A stretch of 53,156 bases of DNA, taken from positions 1 to 53,156 of the forward strand of contig JAFRTA010000267.1 in NCBI GenBank assembly GCA_017427315.1, written 5' to 3'. This DNA is from Clostridia bacterium (GTDB lineage Bacteria; Bacillota; Clostridia; Oscillospirales; Acutalibacteraceae). Made by a program: the position numbers and the translations under genes. The notes under the pieces are model-generated. The model saw only the letters and a program-made list of their open reading frames with translations, did not search any database and was not told where the DNA came from. Every line of letters begins with the position of its first letter. The first letter of the stretch is position 1. This document shows, piece after piece, positions 14,756 to 24,118 of the stretch.

Positions 14756-17481
14756 TCGTTCCTTCCGCAGCATTTTTTATACTTCAGTCCGCTGCCGCAG
14801 GGACAGGGGTCGTTTCTGCCGGGTTTTTTGTCTTTTTTCATCGGCTGCTTTTTCACCGTGCCGTCCGAACCGCCGGAGGTGCCGGTGACCGTCGCGTTCT
14901 GCGCCTTGCGCTGGGTGTCGCGCTCGGTGCGGATCTGCGCGAGGATCAACGTCTGCACCGTGCCGTCGATGATGCCGTTGTTCATCTCCTCGAACATGTC
15001 GAAGCTCAGCTCGCGGAACGCGATCACGGGGTCCTGCTGGCCGTAGGCGCGCAGCCCGATGCCGCTCTTGAGCTGGTCCATCGCGTCGATGTGGTCCATC
15101 CAGCGCAGGTCGACGTTCTCCAACAGGACCTTCTGCTCGAGCAGCTTCATCAATTCGGGCCCGTAGGCCTCCTCCTTTGCGTCGAGGATCCGGTTCGCCT
15201 TCTCGACCATATAGCCGTAGATCGCGTCGCCGTCGCTCTCGGAGGGCAGCGCGTCGTCGCCGAGCAGCCACGCGTACTGCGTGCGAAGCCCCGCGAGGTT
15301 CCAGTCGCCGTGGTGGTTCGTCTTCGGGAAATACAGCTCCCGCGCGCCGTCGAAGCTCTTTTCGATCATGCTGCGGATCGTCGCGTTCAGGTCGATGCCG
15401 TCGAGGATGCGGTTGCGCTGGCCGTAGATGATCTCGCGCTGCTTGTTCATCACGTCGTCGTACTGCAGCACGTTTTTACGGATCGCGAAGTTGTCCGCCT
15501 CGACCTTGCGCTGGGCGCTCTCGATGGATCTGGAGAACATCTTGGAGTCGATGGGCACGTCGTCCGGGTAATTGAACGCGTTGAGGGTGTTGAAGAACCG
15601 GTCGCCCGCGAACCGCCGGAGCAGGTCGTCCTCGGCGGAGAGGAAGAACCGGCTTTCGCCCGGGTCGCCCTGTCTGCCGCTGCGGCCGCGGAGCTGGTTG
15701 TCGATGCGGCGGGATTCGTGCCGCTCGGTGCCGATGATGAACAGCCCGCCCGCGGCGCGGACCTTATCCGCCTCGTCCTTCATTTCTTCTTTGTATTGGC
15801 TTTCGAGCTCGGCGAAGGTCTTCCGCGCGTTCAGGATCTCCTCGTCGTCGGTCTCCGCGAAGCCGGTCGCCTCGGCGATCAGCTCGTCGGAAAAGTCCAT
15901 TTTGCGCATCTTGGCGGTCGCCATGAATTCGGCGTTGCCGCCCAAAATGATATCGGTTCCGCGGCCCGCCATGTTCGTGGCGATGGTGACCGCGCCGTAT
16001 TTGCCCGCCTGCGCGACGATCTCCGCCTCGCGCTCGTGCTGCTTCGCATTCAGGACCTCGTGCTTGATGCCCGCGCGCTTGAGGGCGCGGCTGAGCTTTT
16101 CGGATTTTTCGATGCTGATGGTACCCACGAGGATCGGCTGGCCCTTTTCGTGGCAGGCCTTGATCTGCTCGATGATCGCGTTGAATTTGCCCTCTTCGGT
16201 CTTGTAAAGCACGTCGGGGTTGTCGGTGCGGATCATGGGCATATTGGTGGGGATCTCGACGCAGTCCAGGCTGTAGATCTCCTGGAACTCGTCGCTCTCG
16301 GTCATCGCCGTACCGGTCATGCCGGAGAGCTTTTTATACAGGCGGAAATAGTTCTGGAAGGTGATCGTGGCGAGGGTCTTGCTCTCGTGCTTGACGCTCA
16401 CGCCCTCCTTCGCCTCGATGGCCTGGTGCAGACCCTCGGAATAGCGTCTGCCGAGCATGATGCGGCCGGTGAATTCGTCGACGATCAGCACCTCGCCGTC
16501 CTTGACGACGTAGTCGATATCGAGGTGCATCGTGCCGTGGGCCTTCAGCGCCTGGTTGATGTGGTGCTGCAGCGTCAGGTTCTCGGCGTCCATCAGGTTG
16601 TCGAGGCTGAAATACTGCTCCGCCTTGGCGATACCGGTCTTGGTGAGCGTGGCGGTCTTCGCCTTCTGGTCCACGACGTAATCGCCCTGGTCGGCGTATT
16701 CCTCTTCGGAATTGGTCTTGCTGTCGATCTCGCGGATCTTCACGGGCTTGAGGGAGCGGACGAACGCGTCGACGATCTTGTAAAGGTCCGTGGACTTGTC
16801 GCCGCGGCCGGAAATGATGAGGGGCGTTCTCGCCTCGTCGATCAGAATGGAGTCCACCTCGTCGACGATGGCGAAGGCGTGGCCGCGCTGGACGCGGTTC
16901 TCTTTGTAGTTGACCATGTTGTCGCGCAGGTAGTCGAAGCCCATCTCGTTGTTGGTGCCGTAGGTGATGTCCGCGGCGTAGGCCTCCTTGCGCTCGGCGT
17001 TGGTCTTTTCGTGAATGATGAGGCCGACGGTCAGCCCGAGGAACCGGTAGACCTTGCCCATCCATTCGGAGTCGCGCTTGGCGAGGTAGTCGTTGACCGT
17101 GACGATGTGCACGCCGTTGCCCGCGAGGGCGTTCAGGTAAGCCGGGAGCGTGGCGACGAGCGTCTTGCCCTCGCCGGTCTTCATCTCCGCGACGCGGCCC
17201 TGGTGCAGCACGACGCCGCCGATGACCTGCACGCGGAAATGCTTCATGCCGAGCACGCGCCACGACGCCTCGCGGCAGACCGCGAACGCCTCGGGCAGGA
17301 TATCGTCGAGCGTTTCGCCGTTCGCGAGACGCGTTTTGAATTCGTCGGTCTTCGCGCGCAGCGCCTCGTCCGGCAGCTTGGCGTACTCCTCTTCATAAGA
17401 GAACACCTTGTCGGCGACGGGCTGTATTCTTTTGACCTCCTTGGCGGAATAGTCGCCGAAGATTTTTGAAATCAGAGACAT
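14749..17481 (-). CDS. secA: Preprotein translocase ATPase SecA
   Basis: Full-length 910 aa. Walker [28 protein letters not shown], and C-terminal zinc motif [14 protein letters not shown]. Confidence 0.97.
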   Translation of the reverse strand: MSLISKIFGDYSAKEVKRIQPVADKVFSYEEEYAKLPDEALRAKTDEFKTRLANGETLDDILPEAFAVCREASWRVLGMKHFRVQVIGGVVLHQGRVAEMKTGEGKTLVATLPAYLNALAGNGVHIVTVNDYLAKRDSEWMGKVYRFLGLTVGLIIHEKTNAERKEAYAADITYGTNNEMGFDYLRDNMVNYKENRVQRGHAFAIVDEVDSILIDEARTPLIISGRGDKSTDLYKIVDAFVRSLKPVKIREIDSKTNSEEEYADQGDYVVDQKAKTATLTKTGIAKAEQYFSLDNLMDAENLTLQHHINQALKAHGTMHLDIDYVVKDGEVLIVDEFTGRIMLGRRYSEGLHQAIEAKEGVSVKHESKTLATITFQNYFRLYKKLSGMTGTAMTESDEFQEIYSLDCVEIPTNMPMIRTDNPDVLYKTEEGKFNAIIEQIKACHEKGQPILVGTISIEKSEKLSRALKRAGIKHEVLNAKQHEREAEIVAQAGKYGAVTIATNMAGRGTDIILGGNAEFMATAKMRKMDFSDELIAEATGFAETDDEEILNARKTFAELESQYKEEMKDEADKVRAAGGLFIIGTERHESRRIDNQLRGRSGRQGDPGESRFFLSAEDDLLRRFAGDRFFNTLNAFNYPDDVPIDSKMFSRSIESAQRKVEADNFAIRKNVLQYDDVMNKQREIIYGQRNRILDGIDLNATIRSMIEKSFDGARELYFPKTNHHGDWNLAGLRTQYAWLLGDDALPSESDGDAIYGYMVEKANRILDAKEEAYGPELMKLLEQKVLLENVDLRWMDHIDAMDQLKSGIGLRAYGQQDPVIAFRELSFDMFEEMNNGIIDGTVQTLILAQIRTERDTQRKAQNATVTGTSGGSDGTVKKQPMKKDKKPGRNDPCPCGSGLKYKKCCGRNEV

Positions 17482-17591
17482 AACGTGAATTCCTTTCCCT
17501 TTAATAATATATATCTTTCCATTATAATTCTTGAATTATCAGTATATCACGTTTTGCCGGGGAATGCAAGAAAATTCTGTCTGCCGGACGC

Positions 17592-17622
17592 AAAAACCGG
17601 GGCTTCTGTTAAGAAGCCCCGG
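17592..17622 (-). terminator. Rho-independent terminator of 17644..18825
   Basis: CCGGGGCTTC / GAAGCCCCGG 10-bp stem. The minus strand is followed by TTTTT. Confidence 0.75.
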
Positions 17623-17643
17623 CCGCGTTATGCTTCGAGCCCG

Positions 17644-18825
17644 TTATGAAACGGCCGAAGTGGTGAATGTGAAGGTGTGCGTCGTCTCTTCAATGGACGT
17701 CATGGCGAAAGTCGCACTGTCGATACCGAGCGTCAGCGTCGCCGGAATGGTGATCGACTGCTTGGAATAATACGTCGCGGAGAGCGGATATCCGTAGGGG
17801 TTGAATTTGTACTCCACGTAAGCGCCCGTAACGGCGTTCTGGAAGTAGTAGTTTTTTAAGCCCGATACCTGAAACGGATCGGAGGTGCTGAATCTAATTT
17901 CGTCGTGGATCTCGACGGTGATCCCTTCCGTATCCGAGCCGGTCATGGAATTGGCGAGCTCGTTCCCCATTCTTTTGAGCTGCTCGGAATCGTGGATGTC
18001 CGGAAGGAGCTGTTCCAGCAGCGCGAGCTGCTCGGTTTCGGCCGCCTTCGTGACGGTGAAATCGTTGAACGTGATCCGGATCGAATAGGTGTTGTCCGCG
18101 TTGAGGGTGACCTTTGATACGCTCTTGATCAGGGCCGTATTGCCCGCGAGCGCTTCGGGGAAGACGAAATTCGGGTCGCCGCAGGCGGGCAGATAGGAAT
18201 AATACGCGGAGCTGCGCCAGCCGGAGGGCGTATAGTAACTCGCCGAATGCTCTTCTTCGGCGGTCGACCGCTGGCTGATCTCTTTTTTCATGGCTTTCAT
18301 CGCCGAGGCGGAAAGGCTCAAGCCGCTTTTAATGGCGATGTCACCGAAAGAGACGTCCGTTTTTTTATAGTTGAAGTTCCTGGTGGTGCCGGATTCCGGC
18401 GCCGCCTTCAGCTGGTTCGCGTAGTTGAGGATGCTGAGCGCAGCGGCTTTTGAGGGCGCTTTTTCCTTATATTTCGTGTACGGATGGGCGACCTGCGCAT
18501 CGGAAACAGGGTCGAGCCCCGCACCCCGTCTGAGCGTGAGACGCGCGTCTTTTGAAGTAATGCTGCCGTCGCGGTCGTAATCCGCGGCTCCGCCGATGAT
18601 GCTTCCGGCCGCAGGCGGTTCGATCTGGTAGGCTGCGATCCGCAGGATGGTGCACGCGTCGGAGGCCTGGACCTTGCCGTTGCGGTCGATATCCCCCAGC
18701 AGGTACCATTTGCTCACATAGGTGGAGCTTGCTTCCGGATAAGAGCCGGCCGCGTGGACGGGAACGGCGCAGACGAAAAGGATCAGGGCGCAGGCAAGCG
18801 CGCACAGACTTTTTATCTTTTTCAT
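17644..18825 (-). CDS. Secreted protein with an N-terminal dockerin-like pair and a C-terminal domain of unknown function
   Basis: Signal peptide MKKIKSLCALACALILFVCAVPVHA. GDIDRNGKVQASDACTILRIAA and ADYDRDGSITSKDARLTLRR. RBS AAGGAAGG. Confidence 0.75.
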   Translation of the reverse strand: MKKIKSLCALACALILFVCAVPVHAAGSYPEASSTYVSKWYLLGDIDRNGKVQASDACTILRIAAYQIEPPAAGSIIGGAADYDRDGSITSKDARLTLRRGAGLDPVSDAQVAHPYTKYKEKAPSKAAALSILNYANQLKAAPESGTTRNFNYKKTDVSFGDIAIKSGLSLSASAMKAMKKEISQRSTAEEEHSASYYTPSGWRSSAYYSYLPACGDPNFVFPEALAGNTALIKSVSKVTLNADNTYSIRITFNDFTVTKAAETEQLALLEQLLPDIHDSEQLKRMGNELANSMTGSDTEGITVEIHDEIRFSTSDPFQVSGLKNYYFQNAVTGAYVEYKFNPYGYPLSATYYSKQSITIPATLTLGIDSATFAMTSIEETTHTFTFTTSAVS

Positions 18826-19017
18826 GGCAAAACCTTCCTTTTTTGCGATTATCAGCAGCTTTATCTTAACATATTTCCGGCGGTTTGTAAACCTTATTAT
18901 TTGTTTAAATTATGAAATTTTATCGACGCGTCGCAAATTTTTGTTGACGGAGCGGTCCGGTTGGGCTATAATAAAGAAAATTTATTATTTATAAAACAGG
19001 AAAAGGGGATATATCCG

Positions 19018-20301
19018 ATGAAAAAGAGCTACGTCGTGACGGCGGTGCTGATCCTTGTCGCCGTCTGTCTCGCGGTCGCGTACGTGCTTCGCGACCGCAT
19101 TTCCGGGCTGTTCAGAAGACCCGGTGACGACGGCACGACCGCGCCGCCGCCCGTCGAGGTCGATTACGACGCGTATCAGGCGGTCCTGAAGGGCTCCGTC
19201 GACAACGCCGAGCCCATTATGAAAACCGATATCGACGGCGTGTATTACACGATGTCGAAAAAGGGCGAGGTCAAGTTCTATACCGTCGACGGCATGACCA
19301 TCGCGCAGCAGCCGGAATCGAATGTGTTTGATATCACGGTCAACTGCACCGAGCAGAAGATCCCCGCGAAGATCCATTGCTATACCGCGCCGGACGGCGG
19401 AATCACGGGATACGGACTGTTCACCACCGAAAGCTCCGACGCGGAGGTCTATATTTACGATTACGCGTTCTTCAAGCTCACGGCGCTGCCGGATTCCTAT
19501 TCGGCGGACGATTCCTATCTCGTGCTCGTCGATACGACGAAAGAGGATTTCTATTCGAATGACAAGGTATATGAAGAGAATTTCCGGTTCAACGTCAAGT
19601 CCGGCGAGACGAAAAACGTCCTTTCGACCGACAATCGCGGGTTCGACGATGTCGGCGCGTTCCGCGGCGACTATACGATGCTGACCGACGACGCGGTCAG
19701 ACGCTGCGGTGAAAACCTGCTGTTCTTCTCTTCGCGGCAGTATCACCTGTATTCCAAGGACCATATGATGGACCTCTATATGGCGGGCGGCTCGGGCAAC
19801 AACCGCGACAACAACCGCTACGTTCAGAACCTGGCGGATTTCTGGTTTTCGTTTGACGGCGACGGCCGGGTGCTTGTGCTGCAGAAAAACGGCGAGGGCT
19901 TCGACCTCGTCGCGTACGACGGCAGAGAGCTTGCCGTTCTCAAGAGCTTTGCGGACGGCTACGACGCGTATATCCGCAGCGGAGACTGGCTGCTGAACAA
20001 AAAAACCTTTGAAATATTCAACCTCAACGACGGCAGCGTGAGAATACTGAAAATCGCGAATGCGAACAGGTTCACGCCCGACGTGTTCGTGACCGACGGG
20101 AAAACCGTGTTCCTGCGGGGCGTTTCCGAGGGAGAGGCGGCGTTTGCGCTCGGCACGGTCGACGGCGGCGCGCGCTGCTTCTATAACGATATGTTCGCCG
20201 GCATTTTCTCGCCGATGGTGCTGAAGGACGGCGGCGTGATGATGTCCGTCGCGGCGGACGCCGAGGGCAGCTCGTATTCGATTAAAATATTCAACGCGTA
20301 A
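19018..20301 (+). CDS. Membrane-anchored hypothetical protein (N-terminal TM helix, large extracytoplasmic domain)
   Basis: ATG preceded by GAAAAGGGGA. MKKSYVVTAVLILVAVCLAVAYVL anchor. No family recognised. Confidence 0.7.
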   Translation: MKKSYVVTAVLILVAVCLAVAYVLRDRISGLFRRPGDDGTTAPPPVEVDYDAYQAVLKGSVDNAEPIMKTDIDGVYYTMSKKGEVKFYTVDGMTIAQQPESNVFDITVNCTEQKIPAKIHCYTAPDGGITGYGLFTTESSDAEVYIYDYAFFKLTALPDSYSADDSYLVLVDTTKEDFYSNDKVYEENFRFNVKSGETKNVLSTDNRGFDDVGAFRGDYTMLTDDAVRRCGENLLFFSSRQYHLYSKDHMMDLYMAGGSGNNRDNNRYVQNLADFWFSFDGDGRVLVLQKNGEGFDLVAYDGRELAVLKSFADGYDAYIRSGDWLLNKKTFEIFNLNDGSVRILKIANANRFTPDVFVTDGKTVFLRGVSEGEAAFALGTVDGGARCFYNDMFAGIFSPMVLKDGGVMMSVAADAEGSSYSIKIFNA

Positions 20302-20384
20302 CAGACAGAAGACGGAAGCCCGAATTTTGAAGCTTCGGAAATCGGGGAAAAACAAGAAAGACCGAAGAGCAAAGGAGAACGAAT

Positions 20385-20936
20385 ATGGCGCTGAAAGACA
20401 TCGACAACAAAGCGAACGAAAAAGGCAAGGGCGTCGCCGGGCTGTGGACGTTCGTCAAATTCATTTTCGTCAGCCTGCTCGCGATGATCGTGCAGTTTGC
20501 GCTGCTGAACCTTCTGCCGCTGATTCCGTTTATTAAAGACCTGTATGCGCAGAACCGGCCGTTTTCCTGGTGGGTGTTTTTCTGCTCGGCGGAGATCGGC
20601 GGCCTGGGTTACTTCATCGTAAACAATACCGCGAACATCATTGCGCAGATCGTGTCATTTTTTGTCAATCGGGAGAAAACGTTCAATTCGAGCGCGAACG
20701 TCGCCGTGACGCTGCCCATTTATATCGTCTTTACGCTTGCGCTCATCGCGTTTTCCGCGTGGCTCAACCCCACGCTCAAGGATGTGTTCATCGGCTTCGG
20801 CTGGGGCGACGCGCTTGCGGCGAACACCGCGACGATGATTTGCTCCGCGGTGCAGTTTTTCCTTTACTTCCCCGTGGATAAGATCCTGTTCCATAAAAAG
20901 AAAGAAGAAGCGCCGGCAGAGAAAAAAGCGGATTGA
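20385..20936 (+). CDS. GtrA-family membrane protein
   Basis: RBS AAAGGAG. About four TM helices. FVKFIFVSLLAMIVQFALLNLL is typical of GtrA-like proteins. Confidence 0.7.
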   Translation: MALKDIDNKANEKGKGVAGLWTFVKFIFVSLLAMIVQFALLNLLPLIPFIKDLYAQNRPFSWWVFFCSAEIGGLGYFIVNNTANIIAQIVSFFVNREKTFNSSANVAVTLPIYIVFTLALIAFSAWLNPTLKDVFIGFGWGDALAANTATMICSAVQFFLYFPVDKILFHKKKEEAPAEKKAD

Positions 20937-20968
20937 AGAAAGATTTTTGTTAATTTTCAAAAAAAGTA

Positions 20969-20997
20969 TAGACATTTTAAAATTACCGTGATATAAT
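20969..20997 (+). promoter_or_regulatory. Promoter of tRNA-Ala with an extended -10
   Basis: TAGACA, 17 nt, (TG)A-TATAAT. The tRNA 5' end lies 13 nt downstream. Confidence 0.65.
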
Positions 20998-21009
20998 ATC
21001 ACGGTGTTC

Positions 21010-21085
21010 GGGGGCGTAGCTCAGCTGGGAGAGCGTACGGTTCGCATCCGTAAGGTCGAGAGTTCGATCCTCTTCGTCTCCACCA
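21010..21085 (+). tRNA. tRNA-Ala(CGC): tRNA-Ala, anticodon CGC
   Basis: Manual cloverleaf of 76 nt. Acceptor GGGGGCG/CGTCTCC with G3:U70. D stem GCTC/GAGC. Anticodon stem TACGG/CCGTA with loop TTCGCAT. T arm GAGAG-TTCGATC-CTCTT. A73 and an encoded CCA. Confidence 0.95.
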
Positions 21086-21088
21086 CAA
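21073..21088 (+). repeat. attL core (direct repeat TTCGTCTCCACCACAA)
   Basis: Identical 16-mer at 36593-36608; it covers tRNA nt 64-76 plus 3 nt. Confidence 0.9.
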
Positions 21089-21093
21089 CCATC

Positions 21094-21144
21094 AAATCCG
21101 AACCGATTCGTAACAAAGGATCTGTTCGGGTTTGTTTTTTATTT
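21094..21144 (+). terminator. Terminator-like hairpin supplied by the element, downstream of the restored tRNA
   Basis: AAATCCGAAC ... GTTCGGGTTT (10-bp stem with one T-G pair, 20-nt loop), then GTTTTTTATTTT. Confidence 0.5.
21096..21105. repeat. Element-end inverted repeat ATCCGAACCG (putative recombinase half-site)
   Basis: Reverse complement of CGGTTCGGAT at 36575-36584. The two lie 7 and 8 nt from the core respectively. Confidence 0.6.
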
Positions 21145-21169
21145 TGACGATTACCCGTATTATGAAAGA

Positions 21170-21204
21170 CAGCAGTGAGACGTACCCCACTGCTGATTTT
21201 TATT
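21170..21204 (+). terminator. Second plus-strand hairpin with a T-run at the element's left end
   Basis: CAGCAGTG / CACTGCTG 8-bp stem, then ATTTTTATTTT. Confidence 0.5.
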
Positions 21205-21423
21205 TTACGATGCCATTTTTGTGTCGTGCGGGACGTCAGATTGCTGTTTTTCTTTCCATTCCTTGAACTCCCGCTTTCCTTTTTCCGATTCGCAGTAAGC
21301 GACGATATCAGGCAGAATGCATCGCGCAAATTCTTTGAGCTGCTCTTTTGTTAATGTGCATTCCGCGCGCCGGTTGCTCATAATTCGAGCGAATTCTCTT
21401 TGTAAATATTTCAAAAATACCAT
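21205..21423 (-). CDS. Small hypothetical protein (72 aa) co-transcribed after the relaxase
   Basis: Strong RBS AAAGGAG 7 nt before the ATG, overlapping the relaxase stop. Charged, Cys-containing product; no family named. Confidence 0.65.
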   Translation of the reverse strand: MVFLKYLQREFARIMSNRRAECTLTKEQLKEFARCILPDIVAYCESEKGKREFKEWKEKQQSDVPHDTKMAS

Positions 21424-21435
21424 CCTGATACTCCT

Positions 21436-22893
21436 TTACATTTCTCCCCACATCGGGGAATTATTTGTTGTTTCCGCTTCGTCTTCATCGGAAGAATCTT
21501 CCGCCGCCGCGAGGATCAGTCCTGCGGCAAACCCGATCGCGGCTCCGACAGCGGCGCCGTTCGCGTCGGCTTCCATTCTTTTCCGGCGTTCCTCCTCGTC
21601 CTCGTCGCCGTCCGTCAGAGCGCCAAGCGCAAGTACACCGCCGACGCCAGCACCGACAACAGCGCCGAACCCACCGCCGTCGTTACCATGATCCGGATGA
21701 GCTGCCGCCGCAGGTTCTCCGCTGTTGATCTGATATCGTTTACGGTTTCGCGCAGCAGCTTCGAGCTGTCCGAGATAAACGTCTCTTGACTCCTCCCAGC
21801 CTGTGAGACGCTGTCCTGCAGGTTCGTCACCGTTTCCCGATTTGCCGCTGTCAGATTCCCGGCCGTCCGTTCCATATACCGCGCTTCGATATCCAATATC
21901 TGACTGACGTATTCCTGCAGTTCCTTCCGCGTCGCCAGCGCTTCGATCCGCCGGTACAGCGTCGGCTGAAAGGACGCCGCCTGCTTCAGCAGATTGAATT
22001 CCTCCGTCCTCTGACGCACCGGGATCGCGAAGACCTGCGGCTCGTACTCCTGATACTCGATCGCAGAAAGCGCGTCTTCGTTCTGCTGAACGAGATTTTC
22101 CAGCGCCGAATTGCGCTGCGAGCCGTTCTCTGATTTTGAATTCATTTTCAATATTCTCCTTCAAATATTTTTCGTCGTGCAGCTTATTGTCTCTGCACTT
22201 CATTCCGTTCGGACAGAGGAAAGTGATATTTTTCCGCTCGTCCGTCCACGTCATCATATAACCGAGACGTTCCATATTTTTGATAAACTCTTCCCGGCTG
22301 CCGCTGGTTTTCATCGCGGAATTGATCGCCGCCATGAGCTTGAATTTCCAGCTTTGTCCCTTCTGCGCGGTTCTGTATTCTCTCGACCCGAGATTGGTTG
22401 ACCGTTTCTGCGGATCATATTTCTGTAAAACAGAAAGACCATATTTCAAACACAGCTCGTCACTTTTCTGACGCAACTCCGACAGAAAAAATTTATTCGC
22501 GTGCAGCTTTCTGCCTGTGTCGAGATCGTAACTGTTCACGACAAGATGCGAATGCAGGTGCCCCGCGTCGAGATGCGTCGCCACGACGATCTCGCGGTTA
22601 CCGAACGCTTCCGCCAGTTCCGTTGCGATTTTGTGCGCCAGCTCCGGCGTAATATCTTCGTTCGGGGGGAAGGACTGTACATAATGAAAGAACCTTGCGC
22701 CTTGCTTATGTCCGAACAGATTCTGCGTCGCGAGGAAGGATTCGTTTGCAAATTCCGGCACGCAGTTGACTCCGTTCACGAACATCGTTTGTTCTTCCGA
22801 GGTCGTTTTGTCGGGGCGCATGCAGTAATCGAGCACGCCTTTCTGCGCGCTCGGCGACTGTTTTGACTCCGGAATATTCTTAACGATCGCCAT
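21436..22893 (-). CDS. MobA/VirD2-family relaxase (mobilization nuclease) with a low-complexity C-terminal half
   Basis: Start at MAIVKNIPES (ATG 22893), overlapping the mobC stop. Relaxase motif THLDAGHLHSHLVVN (HxDxxHxH type). The track ORF extends to a TTG at 22983. Confidence 0.85.
   Translation of the reverse strand: MAIVKNIPESKQSPSAQKGVLDYCMRPDKTTSEEQTMFVNGVNCVPEFANESFLATQNLFGHKQGARFFHYVQSFPPNEDITPELAHKIATELAEAFGNREIVVATHLDAGHLHSHLVVNSYDLDTGRKLHANKFFLSELRQKSDELCLKYGLSVLQKYDPQKRSTNLGSREYRTAQKGQSWKFKLMAAINSAMKTSGSREEFIKNMERLGYMMTWTDERKNITFLCPNGMKCRDNKLHDEKYLKENIENEFKIRERLAAQFGAGKSRSAERRRAFCDRVSGVRAAGLRDPGASEDGGIQSAEAGGVLSADAVPADRSAGDAEGTAGIRQSDIGYRSAVYGTDGRESDSGKSGNGDEPAGQRLTGWEESRDVYLGQLEAAARNRKRYQINSGEPAAAAHPDHGNDGGGFGAVVGAGVGGVLALGALTDGDEDEEERRKRMEADANGAAVGAAIGFAAGLILAAAEDSSDEDEAETTNNSPMWGEM
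21615..22145 (-). CDS. Nested alternative-frame ORF inside the relaxase gene (MobB-like accessory candidate: coiled coil plus a C-terminal TM helix)
   Basis: AAGGAG 10 nt upstream of the ATG at 22145. Its third codon positions are strongly G/C-biased, whereas the relaxase frame over the same stretch is not. The product ends in IMVTTAVGSALLSVLASAVYLRLAL. Confidence 0.5.
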   Translation of the reverse strand: MNSKSENGSQRNSALENLVQQNEDALSAIEYQEYEPQVFAIPVRQRTEEFNLLKQAASFQPTLYRRIEALATRKELQEYVSQILDIEARYMERTAGNLTAANRETVTNLQDSVSQAGRSQETFISDSSKLLRETVNDIRSTAENLRRQLIRIMVTTAVGSALLSVLASAVYLRLAL

Positions 22894-23197
22894 TGGGATC
22901 GCCTCCAAGCGCCGAAAGAATCTTTTTGTAGCAGTCGAGCGTTTCGGAAAGATCGACCGTTTTAATCCGTCCCTGATGCGCAAGCCGTGTGAGCTGATTC
23001 AGATTGTTTCCCTGACGGCGTAGTTCCTTGTTCGCGCTGCGCAGATCTTCGTTGACGATGATCTGTCCGTTCAGGCACATATCAAGAATGAATTTGCGCA
23101 GAGTCGGTGCGGCAGTTTCGATTTTTTTTTGATACAATCGCTCTTTTTCTTCTGCAGTGAGACGAATCGAAATCGTTTCCGTCTGTGTTCTCGGCAT
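22880..23197 (-). CDS. mobC: MobC-family relaxosome accessory protein
   Basis: Start MPRTQTETISIRLT after GAGGTG. RLTAEEKERL and GNNLNQLTRLAH motifs. Confidence 0.85.
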   Translation of the reverse strand: MPRTQTETISIRLTAEEKERLYQKKIETAAPTLRKFILDMCLNGQIIVNEDLRSANKELRRQGNNLNQLTRLAHQGRIKTVDLSETLDCYKKILSALGGDPNGDR

Positions 23198-23345
23198 ATA
23201 TAAATCACCTCTATTTTCTGAAAGTGGGTCCGGGCTTCCGCCCGGATCGGAGCAGCATGCTCCGATTTTTGCGCGATGGCGTTCGCTGACGAACGGCGGC
23301 GGACTGCCACGCGCTACGCTTGCCCCGGACAAGTCCGGGAATATA
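23198..23345. promoter_or_regulatory. Candidate oriT / promoter region upstream of mobC (cluster of inverted repeats)
   Basis: TCCGGG-N6-CCCGGA (23229-23246). ATCGGAGCA-GCA-TGCTCCGAT followed by a T-run (23246-23270). CGTTCG-CTGA-CGAACG (23280-23295). CCCGGAC-AA-GTCCGGG (23324-23339). No nick-site consensus recognised. Confidence 0.3.
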
Positions 23346-23776
23346 CGCAGGGATATGAATTACGGCTTTTTATACCGCAAAAAGGAGTATCGCAGATAAA
23401 CATCTGTGGCAAGCATCTTTAATAATCTCCCGCGCAAAACGGGCGACGTTTTCATTTTATTCACCTCACTTTTGAGGGCGTACCTTGCCCTGAAAACGGC
23501 CGATATTCCGCGGGACAGCACGTCGTTTTTTCTTTTTTATTCTTTTTTGCGGGTAGTTACGCCACCGCCGTTCAAACACGCGAAACAGGCGGTTTTATTT
23601 TGTCTTTGAACAATGCAATAATGCAAACGGCTTCCTGTCAACAATACAGACTTGTCACAGCAGAAAAGAACAACCTGCAATGTTGCAATCTTCTTGCTGA
23701 GATCCGCAATCGGCATATTCCCTCTTTCTGTTGTTATTTCTTTCTTTCTGAGTTTTGTTCTGTGGGTCTTGTTCCG

Positions 23777-24118
23777 CTATGGAGAAATTACACCGTCGGT
23801 AAGAATATCGCGTTCCGTCTTGAACAAGTCTTTCACATAGTACAGGTTGCTGGTTTGCGTTCCGTCTGTGCGGCGACGGGAAACAGTTTTTATCAGACCG
23901 CGGGAAGACAATGCTTTCAGGGCGGCGTCCACCGTTTTTCTGTCGATGCAGCATTCCGATGCGATCAACCGTCTGGACGGAAACGCGGAACGCTTCTCGT
24001 TGTCGCAATGCCGCAGCAGACAGCAGAGCACCGTAAATTCCCTCGGCTTCAGATGTAGGTCAAAAATTCGATTCGGCAGCATGAAAAAGTTTTTATGATG
24101 CGGTTTGTCGGGCTTCAT
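23777..24118 (-). CDS. Helix-turn-helix (HTH_36-like) protein common on small mobilizable elements
   Basis: Start MKPDKPHH after GGAGGTG. FFMLPNRIFDL...FPSRRLIASECCIDRKTVDAALKALSSRGLI. Confidence 0.75.
   Translation of the reverse strand: MKPDKPHHKNFFMLPNRIFDLHLKPREFTVLCCLLRHCDNEKRSAFPSRRLIASECCIDRKTVDAALKALSSRGLIKTVSRRRTDGTQTSNLYYVKDLFKTERDILTDGVISP

Noticed and set aside
22880-23332. Full 150-aa version of the mobC ORF, and the 515-aa relaxase ORF starting at TTG 22983
   Set aside because: The N-terminal extensions lack RBSs and family similarity. Internal ATGs at 23197 and 22893 have good Shine-Dalgarno sequences and begin the conserved regions.
23406-24098. Plus-strand ORFs 23406..23609, 23600..24058, 23652..23840, 23847..24098 in the island
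   Set aside because: They overlap the better-supported minus-strand HTH gene (RBS GGAGGTG, family motifs) or lie in the non-coding repeat region. They have no RBS and odd composition.
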